The notes below the pieces were generated by a model. The model was not told the DNA's origin and ran no database searches. It saw only the letters and a program-made list of their open reading frames with translations. Of a stretch of DNA of 64,000 bases, positions 1-9,100 are shown in pieces. This DNA comes from an uncultured Verrucomicrobiota bacterium. GTDB taxonomy: Bacteria > Verrucomicrobiota > Verrucomicrobiia > Limisphaerales > UBA8199. The stretch lies in NCBI GenBank assembly GCA_964653485.1, contig CAZZFF010000013.1, positions 1,589 to 65,588 of the forward strand, in the 5' to 3' direction. The number at the start of each line of letters is the position of its first letter. Position 1 is the stretch's first letter. A program made the position numbers and the translations under genes.

Positions 1-57
1 AAGATTAGGAGAATCAAAGCCCCTCAAATCTCATGCCAATCGAGAGAAGATAGAGAA

Positions 58-120
58 CCGCGGAATAAACGGAATACGCGGAAAACCATTCCTTTTCCGC
101 GTATTCCGCTTATTCCGCGG
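58..120. repeat. Long inverted repeat / hairpin (28-nt arms 58-85 and 93-120, 7-nt loop)
   Basis: Read directly: CCGCGGAATAAACGGAATACGCGGAAAA-ccattcc-TTTTCCGCGTATTCCGCTTATTCCGCGG; 27 of 28 arm positions are complementary. Confidence 0.85.
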
Positions 121-202
121 TTCCTCAAAAACATCTTAGGCGAGGATTTGGGAGATCGTAGCGGCGTTGACCCAAAGGGCCGCCTGCCGGTAAGATTGAA
201 CA

Positions 203-400
203 ATGCCTCGAAAGGTGAGAGAGTTGATCCGAGACCTCGAACGAGCGGGGTTTATGGACCGTGGCGGGAAGGGGAGTCACAGAGATTTCGTGCATCCAAG
301 GGTTGCCAAACCGGTTGGTATATAGGGAAATCCGGGCGAGGATGCCAAACGATACCAGGAGAAGGCGGTACATCAGGCCATCGAAGAGTCAAGACGATGA
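203..400 (+). pseudogene. hicA: HicA-family toxin gene interrupted by an in-frame TAG at 323-325
   Basis: Own translation: MPRKVRELIRDLERAGFMDRGGKGSHRDFVHPRVAKPVGI*GNPGEDAKRYQEKAVHQAIEESRR*. It has the GSH motif and the C-terminal tail typical of HicA/YcfA. Its TGA overlaps the hicB ATG (ATGA at 397-400). Confidence 0.7.
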
Positions 401-636
401 AAGAGAGTGCGCGTTATCTTAAGATTGTTGAATGGTCGGACGAAGACCATTGTTTTGTCGGGTCTTGTCCCGGGCTTTTCTACGGAGGTTGTCACGGCGA
501 CGAGGAGAGACAGGTGTTCGAGGACTTGTGCCAGATGGCGGAGGACATGATCGCGTTGTTCCACAAGGACGGCAGACCGTTGCCTCCGCCAACCTGTGGG
601 CGTGATCTCGCAAACCTGTTGGCCCGTATGGCCTGA
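397..636 (+). CDS. hicB: HicB-family antitoxin
   Basis: Internal ATG of ORF 148..636. MKESARYLKIVEWSDEDHCFVGSCPGLFYGGCHGDEERQVFEDLCQMAEDMIALFHKDGRPLPPP matches the HicB-like pattern (YLKI.EWS.ED.C.VGSCPGL..GG.HGD). It is coupled to hicA by a 4-nt overlap. Confidence 0.75.
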   Translation: MKESARYLKIVEWSDEDHCFVGSCPGLFYGGCHGDEERQVFEDLCQMAEDMIALFHKDGRPLPPPTCGRDLANLLARMA

Positions 637-689
637 CGACGTCATCGCGGCGGTCGCCCGAGACCTGCTCCAGGAAACCGCCGACGCGA

Positions 690-792
690 GGCGTCACGAA
701 AGCACGACATAGACAATTAAGGCGCAGGAGTTTTGGCCGCCGGCGCGGAACGAACGGAAGGTGATTGTGATTCGCCGGCCTCTTCGGTTACG
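690..792. repeat. Partial/degenerate copy of the GGCGTCACGAAA nested-palindrome element (copy C)
   Basis: GGCGTCACGAAAGCACGACATAGACAATTAAGGCGCAGGAGTTTTGGCCGCCGGCG aligns with the left half of the copy at 58920. It has its own inner hairpin (GCCGGCG ... CGCCGGC) and a degenerate right end (CTTCGGTTACGC). Confidence 0.55.
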
Positions 793-800
793 CTCGGTCC

Positions 801-1940
801 ATGAAACGACTGACCTTCCTGGCCGCGGCGCTTTCCTGCCTGGCGGCCGTCACGGCGCGCCCCGCGCAGAACGGGGACCCGGTCCGATTTGCCATCGTCG
901 GCTTGACGCACGATCACGCGGCGGGATTCATTCCGCACACTCGGGAGCACCAGGACGCTGTGCTCGTCGGGATTGTGGAGCCTAAACGGGAACTGGCGGC
1001 CTCTTACGCCCGGCGCTACGGGCTGGATACGAACCTGTTCTGCGCCAGCCTCGATGAACTTCTGGCACGAACCAATGTCCAGGCCGTGGCGACCTTCACG
1101 AGCACCTTCGAGCATCGGCGGGTGGTCGAGGAGTGCGCGGCGCGCGGGATTCATGTGATGATGGAGAAACCGCTGGCGGTCAGCCTGGAGCATGCGCGGG
1201 CAATCGAGTCGGCGGCACAACGCGGCGGCATCAAGATCATCGTCAATTATGAGACCACATGGTATCCCGCGAATCATGCGGCCTACGCGCTGGTTCGCGA
1301 GGAGCACGCCATTGGAGAATTGCGCAAGTTCGTTGTGCATGACGGGCATCGCGGGCCGAAGGAAATCGGCTGCTCTCCCGCCTTCCTCGAGTGGCTGACG
1401 GACCCGGTGCTCAACGGCGGCGGCGCCCTCACGGACTTCGGCTGCTATGGCGCCGACCTCATCACGTGGCTCATGGACGGACAACGTCCTACCTCCGTCA
1501 TGGCCGTAACCCAGCAAATCAAGCCCGACGTGTATCCGAAAGTGGAGGACGAGGCAACTATCGTGCTGACCTATCCCAAGGCCCAGGGAATCATCCAGGC
1601 ATCGTGGAACTGGCCCTTCGACCGGAAGGACATGGAGATATACGGGCGGACCGGCTACGTGCTGGTCCCGCGCCGGGACGTGTTGCGCGTGCGCCGGCCG
1701 GAAGAGGCAGAAAAGGAGATACCCGCTCCGCCGCTGCCTGGTCCGCAGGCCGATCCGCTCTCTTACCTGGCCGCGGTGGTGCGCGGGGACCGCGAGCCGG
1801 AGGGCTTGTCCTCGCTCTCCGTGAACCTGGTCGTGACCGAAATCCTCGATGCGGCCCGCGAGTCGGCGCGCACGGGACATCGGGTTACCCTGCCGGTTTT
1901 ACCGGTTGACCATGGCGCGACAAGAACGGGTCACCCATAG
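801..1940 (+). CDS. Gfo/Idh/MocA family oxidoreductase, secreted
   Basis: 379-aa ORF with an N-terminal signal peptide (MKRLTFLAAALSCLAAVTA) and a Rossmann start (VRFAIVGLTHDHA). The family-typical core includes IHVMMEKPLA. Confidence 0.9.
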   Translation: MKRLTFLAAALSCLAAVTARPAQNGDPVRFAIVGLTHDHAAGFIPHTREHQDAVLVGIVEPKRELAASYARRYGLDTNLFCASLDELLARTNVQAVATFTSTFEHRRVVEECAARGIHVMMEKPLAVSLEHARAIESAAQRGGIKIIVNYETTWYPANHAAYALVREEHAIGELRKFVVHDGHRGPKEIGCSPAFLEWLTDPVLNGGGALTDFGCYGADLITWLMDGQRPTSVMAVTQQIKPDVYPKVEDEATIVLTYPKAQGIIQASWNWPFDRKDMEIYGRTGYVLVPRRDVLRVRRPEEAEKEIPAPPLPGPQADPLSYLAAVVRGDREPEGLSSLSVNLVVTEILDAARESARTGHRVTLPVLPVDHGATRTGHP

Positions 1941-2140
1941 CCCTTTGGCCGCGGCCAAGCCGCCTGCGGACGCCAGCATCAAGCAGAGGAGCAGGGCTCT
2001 TTTCATATCTGGCGGCGAAGGTATCAAGGTTTGGGGAAGAAAAGACTTCCATCCTTGCCCGTTGCCTCGCGGTGGGCGCAAGCTCCCGCCATGAACCTGC
2101 GTGTCCGCTTTGGACGCTCGGCGGCGATATACTGGTGGAA

Positions 2141-2719
2141 ATGAACACGCGTGGGCTGATGTTGCTCGAACAATACACCCGACTCGGGGCCGAGGATGCC
2201 TTTGCCGCCCTGGTGCGAGAATATCTGGACCTGGTCTATTCGGCAGCCCTGCGCGCGACCCGTTCACCCCAACTCGCCGAAGAGGTGGCCCAAGCGGCCA
2301 TGCGCGTTCAGACTGACTCCGACGACGACGTGCGCAAAGGACTGAGTCTGCTCCGCACCCTGGCGAAGAGCAAAGTGGCCCCGGCCTTGAGCGGCGCCCT
2401 GCAAGGCTACCTCGCCGCCAACAACGGAGACCCGCCCACCTCCATGGACCAACTGAAGCCTTTCCTCCAGGAGCCGTTGGACGACGCCGTCCTCGACCGC
2501 TACGAACCTCACGTTGGCGGCAATACGAACGCGCCGGGGTACAACCCCCGCGATAACATTCGGCTAAGAGACAAAGCAGACGCAATCATCGATGCGACTT
2601 ACGACCCGAGGTTCGTGCTCGGCCCCAAGGGCTTCGGCTACCGCGCACAAGACGGCGCCATCCTTCCGGACGCTCCCGCCGTTCCGGCCGGTGCGTCCGT
2701 CTTCAAGATGAGTCAATGA
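2141..2719 (+). CDS. Hypothetical protein with a truncated ECF sigma region-2-like N-terminus
   Basis: ATG at 2141 inside ORF 2072..2719. AEDAFAALVREYLDLVYSAALRATRSPQLAEEVAQA resembles the first helices of sigma-70 region 2, but the rest of the sigma factor is absent. The remainder is an unrelated Asp/Pro-rich domain. Confidence 0.55.
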   Translation: MNTRGLMLLEQYTRLGAEDAFAALVREYLDLVYSAALRATRSPQLAEEVAQAAMRVQTDSDDDVRKGLSLLRTLAKSKVAPALSGALQGYLAANNGDPPTSMDQLKPFLQEPLDDAVLDRYEPHVGGNTNAPGYNPRDNIRLRDKADAIIDATYDPRFVLGPKGFGYRAQDGAILPDAPAVPAGASVFKMSQ

Positions 2720-2725
2720 ATGGGC

Positions 2726-2760
2726 CGCCGCCGATTTCCTGTGAAGCGGACCCGGCGGCG
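2726..2760. terminator. GC hairpin between convergent genes (possible bidirectional terminator)
   Basis: CGCCGCCG (2726-2733) pairs with CGGCGGCG (2753-2760) around a 19-nt loop. It lies between stops at 2719 (+) and 2772 (-). There is no clear U-tract. Confidence 0.3.
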
Positions 2761-2771
2761 CGAGCCTATCC

Positions 2772-5700
2772 CTACCGTTTCCGTTGTTTCTCGACGGCGT
2801 TGAGATAGTAGCTGTCGTCGTGCCTCTGCTTCCAGCCGTCGGTTGGGGCGGGGCAGAGCGGGCGGTATTTGTTCCACAGTTGCTTGACCCAGGCCTGGTC
2901 GGCATAGCCCTCGTGGAACCAGTCCTTGGTCTCGTCGAGGTAGTCGTCCGGGTTGTAGGGCGGGCGGCAGTACTTGGCTATCTCGATGCGGCAGGGCTTG
3001 TCGTCCTCGAACATCCACCGGTCGACGTAGTCGCAGAAGGCGTCGTGGCCCCAGGCTTTTTCGAGATTCATCGTCCGCAGGACGAGCGCCTGGGCGACGA
3101 AGCAGGTGGAGGTATTGGCCCGGCGGTAGGCGTCGCTGCGGAATTCTTCGGGGACCCACTTGTCGGGGGACAGGTGCTCGTAGGGCCCCCAGGGGTTGCC
3201 GGCGCGCACGAAGTCGCGCCCGATGCCGGTGACCACATCGATGCCGGAATGGCCGGTAAAGACGACCTTGGCGCCGGTCCAGCAATTGCCGTAGGCGGTT
3301 TGCTCGTCCTCGCCGAAGGCGGCCTTGGGGAAGCTCTTGTTGATGTTGGCCATGGTGTCATCGCCGAGCATCGCGCCGGCGAAGACGATGGGAAACTTGC
3401 GCCCGGAGCCGTGGCCGCCGTGGGCGGGCCAGCCGGGATGGCCCTGGCGGACCAGGCCGTAATGGTCAATCCCGATCTGGATGACATTGATGAGCAGCCG
3501 CTCCTTGTCCTCGGGTCCGGTGCCGGCGCAGCAGGCCAGGAGGACGGCATTGGCGGGTCCTTGGGCGTACCACTGGGCGTAGTTGGGCATGCTCTGCTGC
3601 GGCACATCGAAGGAGAAGAACCCCATGTCACACCACGGGCGCTGGAAGTTCTCGGCGAACCGAGCGGGGTCTGGAGCGCCTGCGGCATGGTCGAAGCGCG
3701 GCAGCAAGCCGCGTCTGAGGTCGCGCGCCAGGTGGATTTTGGGGTCGTGCCCGGAATAACCGGGGCGGAAGGCGTCCGGCGGCAACGGGGCCTCGACGCA
3801 GGTGAGCACCGCGACCGTCTTGACGGGGCTGTTGTCGTCCACGCCGCGCACGGTGCCCGGATGATAGGGGTAGGTGACTTTCTCGCCCCGGCGCAGGCTG
3901 ATGCTGGAAGCCAGGCTGTCGCCGGGCTTCATGGCGATCGGCAGCCTCGCGCGGTGTTCGGGGCGATAGTAATTCAGGATGCCGGAATCCCAGGCCACCT
4001 CCTGCCGGGCGGGGAGGTTGAGCATCGAGCCGTTGCGGCAGCGCTGGTCGACGGGGACTTTCTCCCGGCCGTCGAGTTCGTCGTCGGCAACCTCTTTGCC
4101 GTAGCGCGGGGCGGGATCAATCTTGACGACGCTGACGGGGCCGACCACGTACCAGTCGCCGTTGACGAAGCGGCCTGCGTGGGCGGGGGTCTCGAAGGTC
4201 CAGGTGATGCCGTATTGTGAGACGCTGTCCGCGAGCGGCAGGTCTTCCAGCTTCGGCGCGGCGGGGGCGTTGTTCTGGCTTCCCTCGATTGGCGTGGAAT
4301 GAATCTCGATTACACTCCACAGCTCCAATTCCGGCACGGTTACGCCCCGGTTGGCGACGGGCAGCTTGAGCGGTTGGGCGCCCGGCGAGAACAAGTCCGC
4401 CTCGGTTGCCCCGGCAACGCCGAGCGCATCGAGGTCCAGGTCGAGCCGGACGTTCTTTAGCGGCTGCGCGCTATCGTTGGCGGCGTCGTAGCCCCAGTTC
4501 AAGAGGTGGACGATCACCGAACCGCGCTTCACGCGCGGGAGGACGCGGACCGCGGCGGGGGCTTCGACCCGCGCGGCCGGGGCGATGCCGGCTACGGCCT
4601 GCCGGATGCTCGCGTAGCGTTGGACGTTGGTTTCGCCCGCCAGCACCTCGCGGTCGGCTGGAGAGAGGTCTTGAGGCTGGATGACCACCAGCCGCGGGCT
4701 GAGGCGCAGATCGTCCGCCTTGAGAGGGTGGTCCACGACCTCGTCCCCGCCCAGCGCGAGGCGATACGAGACATTGGCGGCGGCGAGCTCTCCGCAGGCG
4801 GCGATGAGCCGGGCGGGGTCTCGGTCGAAGGTGCGCGAGGAAAAAACCACCGTGAGATCGGCGTAGTTGCCGTAGTCATCGAAGAGGCTGGCGTGCCGCC
4901 GCACGAACTGGTAGAGCGGGGCGAACTTCTCCTTGGGTCCTTCGTACCAGTGGGTGCCTTTCTCGGGCGTATAACACCACTGCCGGTTCGGGGCCATCAG
5001 GCAGTGACCGGCGGCGTAGCCCAGGGCTATCCACCCCTGGACCAGCCCCGGCAGGTTGCGCTCCTTGACGAAGGCCCAATCCCACCCGCTCGCGGTCGAG
5101 GCCAGCGGACGCCCCACGGCATCCGCCAGGCGGTAGGCAACCAGCGGGGCGTCGCTGAAGTGCCGATCCGAGGCGTGATGCTCGATCTCGGCGCTGAAGA
5201 GGTCGAGCGCCTTGTAATCGTTGAGGTGGTTCCCCCAGAGCAGGCCGGCATTGGCGCCCACCGGGACGGGATGGCCGGCGGTCCGGGCGGCGAGGGCGCG
5301 CAGCTCTTCCATGAAGCGCGCGGCGCCTTGGAGCTGGTAAATCCTCCACTGGGACCAGAGCGGGTGCTCCTGCGGCCTGCGCCCGCGCTTGTGAGCCACC
5401 CACTCCTTCAAGACGGTTCGGTAGTTGAAACCGGCCGGGTCCTGGATGCCCTGCCGGGCGAGCTCGCCGGCGGGCAACGCCTTGAGATAGTCGTGGAACT
5501 CCTCGACGCAACGGTCGCAGAAACAACCCCCGGTCCACAGCGCCCCCGCCGTCCCAAGGTGGTCGTCGATATGCACGCCGTCAGCGCCGGCCTTGACGGT
5601 CTCGACGACCCGCTCCGAGATGTACTGGCGGAAAAGCGGCTGGCGGGTGCAGCACCACCAAAACGGGATTCCTTTGTGCTGGAGATCGGTGAGCCAGGGC

Positions 5701-6032
5701 ACCTTGTAGGGCTGGCCGTCGAGGCCGCGGCATAAGCCCTGTTCGTAGGTCTGCGGAAACCGCTCGTAATAGCGGCCGAACTCGGTGACCATCCCCACGC
5801 TTCCGAAGAACTTAAGGCCCCGCGCCTGCTCGATCGATGTTGCCGTGGGCTTGCCTCCCCAGGCGAGGACCGTGGCGCCATAGTCTTCGTACGTCTGCCT
5901 CCCGGTTTCATACATGAAAACGACGTCCGACCGCTTCATCACCGGGAGTTGCCCCCGGGCGGCAAAAGCCGCGCAGAGGAAGACCGCCAGCCCCGATGTC
6001 CAAATCCGAAACCGGAGCCGCTTAGGCGTCAC
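2772..6032 (-). CDS. Large secreted two-domain protein of unknown function (N-terminal TIM-barrel-like / glycoside-hydrolase-like region plus uncharacterised C-terminal domain)
   Basis: ORF 2772..6113. The ATG at 6113 would put the 66-bp repeat inside the coding N-terminus. The in-frame GTG at 6032 gives a clean signal peptide (TPKRLRFRIWTSGLAVFLCAAFAARGQ). No catalytic motif recognised with confidence. Confidence 0.75.
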   Translation of the reverse strand: MTPKRLRFRIWTSGLAVFLCAAFAARGQLPVMKRSDVVFMYETGRQTYEDYGATVLAWGGKPTATSIEQARGLKFFGSVGMVTEFGRYYERFPQTYEQGLCRGLDGQPYKVPWLTDLQHKGIPFWWCCTRQPLFRQYISERVVETVKAGADGVHIDDHLGTAGALWTGGCFCDRCVEEFHDYLKALPAGELARQGIQDPAGFNYRTVLKEWVAHKRGRRPQEHPLWSQWRIYQLQGAARFMEELRALAARTAGHPVPVGANAGLLWGNHLNDYKALDLFSAEIEHHASDRHFSDAPLVAYRLADAVGRPLASTASGWDWAFVKERNLPGLVQGWIALGYAAGHCLMAPNRQWCYTPEKGTHWYEGPKEKFAPLYQFVRRHASLFDDYGNYADLTVVFSSRTFDRDPARLIAACGELAAANVSYRLALGGDEVVDHPLKADDLRLSPRLVVIQPQDLSPADREVLAGETNVQRYASIRQAVAGIAPAARVEAPAAVRVLPRVKRGSVIVHLLNWGYDAANDSAQPLKNVRLDLDLDALGVAGATEADLFSPGAQPLKLPVANRGVTVPELELWSVIEIHSTPIEGSQNNAPAAPKLEDLPLADSVSQYGITWTFETPAHAGRFVNGDWYVVGPVSVVKIDPAPRYGKEVADDELDGREKVPVDQRCRNGSMLNLPARQEVAWDSGILNYYRPEHRARLPIAMKPGDSLASSISLRRGEKVTYPYHPGTVRGVDDNSPVKTVAVLTCVEAPLPPDAFRPGYSGHDPKIHLARDLRRGLLPRFDHAAGAPDPARFAENFQRPWCDMGFFSFDVPQQSMPNYAQWYAQGPANAVLLACCAGTGPEDKERLLINVIQIGIDHYGLVRQGHPGWPAHGGHGSGRKFPIVFAGAMLGDDTMANINKSFPKAAFGEDEQTAYGNCWTGAKVVFTGHSGIDVVTGIGRDFVRAGNPWGPYEHLSPDKWVPEEFRSDAYRRANTSTCFVAQALVLRTMNLEKAWGHDAFCDYVDRWMFEDDKPCRIEIAKYCRPPYNPDDYLDETKDWFHEGYADQAWVKQLWNKYRPLCPAPTDGWKQRHDDSYYLNAVEKQRKR

Positions 6033-6090
6033 GAAACAATAAGATGAACAACTATGGCGGAGGAGCGTTGGCCGCCGTTTTCGTGACGCC
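6025..6090. mobile_element. Miniature (66-bp) copy of the GGCGTCACGAAA element (copy D)
   Basis: GGCGTCACGAAACAATAAGATGAACAACTATGGCGGAGGAGCGTTGGCCGCCGTTTTCGTGACGCC has perfect 12-bp terminal inverted repeats (GGCGTCACGAAA / TTTCGTGACGCC). The left part aligns with copies at 690 and 58920, and the internal core is deleted. Confidence 0.7.
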
Positions 6091-6170
6091 TCAAAATCGC
6101 GTGCGAATATCATCGGCGCGATTATGCAGCCGGCGGCTCCAAAGGGTCAAGGATTGCGAGAAGAAGCGCC

Positions 6171-9100
6171 TCACGGCGAAGCTGGATGAGGTCGAGGCAG
6201 AACTGTAACGGGGTCTCGCCGGATCAGGAGGACGCCCGGGACTACGTCCGAGGCGACACCCCTGAACTCGACGCGGTAGCCGCGAAACCGAGGAGGGATG
6301 CGTGGCATGACTTCGGAGAAGGTAGCGGAGCCGTTGAACGGGCTATTGGTGAAGATCGGCAGCCAGGCCTGCAGGTTCGTTGATGAGATGTCCACCGTTG
6401 CATGGACCACGGCGGCATCGGCCGGGGGACCTACGATGTCAAACTGAAACGTCTGGTTGGTCGCAGTGCCGCTGACGCCCGGCGCGAGCGCGGCAGGGCC
6501 CTGCGCGACCGAAAGCTCCAGGGCCTTGGTGTCGTAGTCGACCTGCCAAACGAGCTCCTGTGGGAGCGCCGGGAGTTGCTGTGCGCTGAACTGGCTGCCC
6601 GTAGAATCGTAGTTCACGAGGATGAACGAGGTGCCGTTGGTGGGCGAGAAGCCGCTGGCCATGGAGACGATCAGCGTGCCTGCCAGCGCCGCCGCCCCGC
6701 TGACGGTGAGCTGTGTGCCCTTGCCTGGGGCCTCGACGACCAACTTGAGCTTGCTCGTGGGAGAGAACGTGTAGCCACCTGCGAGGACCAGCACGCCGCT
6801 CCGCAGGTCCACGGTCCCATTGTTGCTGAATGGCACACCGTTGTTGTCGGCCAGGAAACTGGTATTGGCGCCGCCAGCCTTTGTGAATGTCCCATTGTTG
6901 ACAAACATATTAGTGCCATAGCCGGTGACGACGGCATGCGCGTCGGTCCACGCCGTGAAGGAACCTTTGTTGTTCCAGATGCCGCCGTAGGCGAAAGCGA
7001 GGTTGCCTGCTCCGCTCCATACAACGGGCCCGGCGCTGCTGATCGTCCCGTTCGACAGCGTCTTGTCACTTGCCCCACTGAGGTTCAGGGCGAGCGTTGC
7101 GGGCAAATCCAAGCTGGCGCTGATGCTGCCGCCCGTCCAGTTAAATGCCCCCGCGCCTGTGAAAGTGCCGCTACCAGCGAGGGTACCGGCGGCGACCTCG
7201 AAGTTCCCGCTCAGCGCGGTCAGCCCGCCGCCGAGGCTGACCATGGCGCCGTTTAACCTGGTCGCCCCGGCGCCACTAAACACCGTGTTGCCATTCAAGA
7301 AGAAGCTGCCGGTGACGAACTCGGCACGAGCCCCTGAGGCCGCCGCGAACGTACCGTTGCTGCCACTGCCCCCACCCCCAAAAGTGACCACGCCGCTCTG
7401 CACGTTAAAGGTGCCGTTGTTGTTGAAGGCTACCCCACCATTGTCGGGCAAGAAGCTAGTGTTGGTGATGGAACTGGTCCCGCCCGCCTTGACGAAGGTG
7501 CCGTCGTTGACGAACACCGAGGCGCCGTACTGGGACAGGAAAACCTGCGAGTCGTTCAACACCGTGAAAGTGCCATTGTTGACCAGCGTGCTGCCGTTGG
7601 TGCCGCCGAACCAGAGGTCGCCCGCCCCGTTCCAGGTGGCTGGCCCTGCGCTCGTGACGACCGCCGAGTCCAACGACTTAACCCTGTCGCCGTTGAGGTT
7701 GAAGCTGACGTTTGCCGGCAGGCTAAGGGTGGCGCTAATGGTGCCCCCTGTCCAATTGAAGGTCCCTGATCCCAAGAATGCGGAGCTGCCAGCCAAGACA
7801 CCGGAGGCCACCTCAAGGGTGCCGCCAGCGTCCAAAGTGCTTGCGCCGCCGCCGAGGACGACGGTCGCACCGTTGACACGGGTAAGCCCCGTGCCGCTGA
7901 ACACATTGCTGCCACCTAAAAGGAAGCCCCCGGAGACGAATTCGGCCCGGGCGCCGGAGGCCGCCGCAAATATGCCATTGGTGCCCGCGCCGCCACCGCC
8001 GAAGGTGAGGATACCGGTTTGAACGCTGAGTGTGCCGTTGTTGTTGAAGGCCACGCCGCCGTTGTCAAGCACGAAGCTGGAATTGGTGATGGAGCTGGTC
8101 CCGCCCGCCTTGACGAAGGTGCCGTTGTTGACGAACACCGAGGCGCCGTACTGGGAGAGGAAAACCTGCGAGTCGTTCAGCACCGTGAAGGTGCCGTTGT
8201 TGATTAGCGTGCTGCCAGTGTCGCCGCCGAACCAGAGGTTGCCCGCACCGCTCCAGGTAGCCGGCCCTGCGCTGGTAACGGACGCCGAGACCAGCGCCTT
8301 AGTGCTGTCGCCGCTTATATTGAAGCTGACGGTTGCCGGCAAGCTAATGGTGGCGCCAATGGTGCCCCCTGTCCAATCGAACGCCCCAGAGCCAGCGAAT
8401 GCGCCTCTGCCGGCCAAGACCCCTGATCCGACCCCGAAGCTGGAGCCGCTATTCAGGGTGTTGGCTCCGCCCCCGAGCGTGACCGTGGCGCCGTTGACCA
8501 AGCAAGTACCCGCGCCGCCGAACGTCGTGTCGCCGTTCAAAAGGAAGCCATTGGCGGCCCACTCGATCCGCGAAGCCGGCGCCACCAGGTACGTACCGTT
8601 GGTACCTGCACCGCCACCGCCCAAGGTGAGGACGCCGGTTTGAACACTGAGGGTGCCGTTGTTGTTGAAGGCCACGCCGCCGTTGTCAAGCACGAAGCTG
8701 GAGTTGGTGATGGAGCTGGTCCCGCCCGCCTTGACGAAGGTGCCGTTGTTGACGAACACCGAGGCGCCGTACTGGGAGAGGAAAACCTGCGAGTCGTTCA
8801 GCACCGTGAAGGTGCCGTTGTTGATTAGCGTGCTGCCAGTGTCGCCGCCGAACCAGAGGTTGCCCGCACCGCTCCAGGTAGCCGGCCCTGCGCTGGTGAC
8901 GGCCGCCGAGACCAGCGCCTTGGTGCTGTCGCCGCTTAGGTTCAAGACGGCACCCGCCGGAACTCCATACTGGCCGGTGATGGTGCCGTTGGTCCAGTTC
9001 CAGGTTGAGCCGGTGGAGAACTGTACGGTGTTGGCGGTCAGCGTGCCGGCGAGATCGAGGGTCCCATTGGCGTAAATCCTGTTCGTGTCGGCGCCACTGA

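Noticed and set aside
1899-2005. 35-aa minus-strand ORF beginning with a good signal peptide (MKRALLLCLMLASAGGLAAAKG) and overlapping the 3' end of the oxidoreductase gene.
   Set aside because: It is too short and runs straight into the convergent gene. It is possibly the orphaned 5' end of a deleted gene, but I cannot support it as a functional CDS.
6780-8945. Regular 621-bp periodicity that could superficially suggest an array such as CRISPR.
   Set aside because: The period is far too long, there are no short spacers, and the repeats are in-frame coding units of the M6 protease gene.
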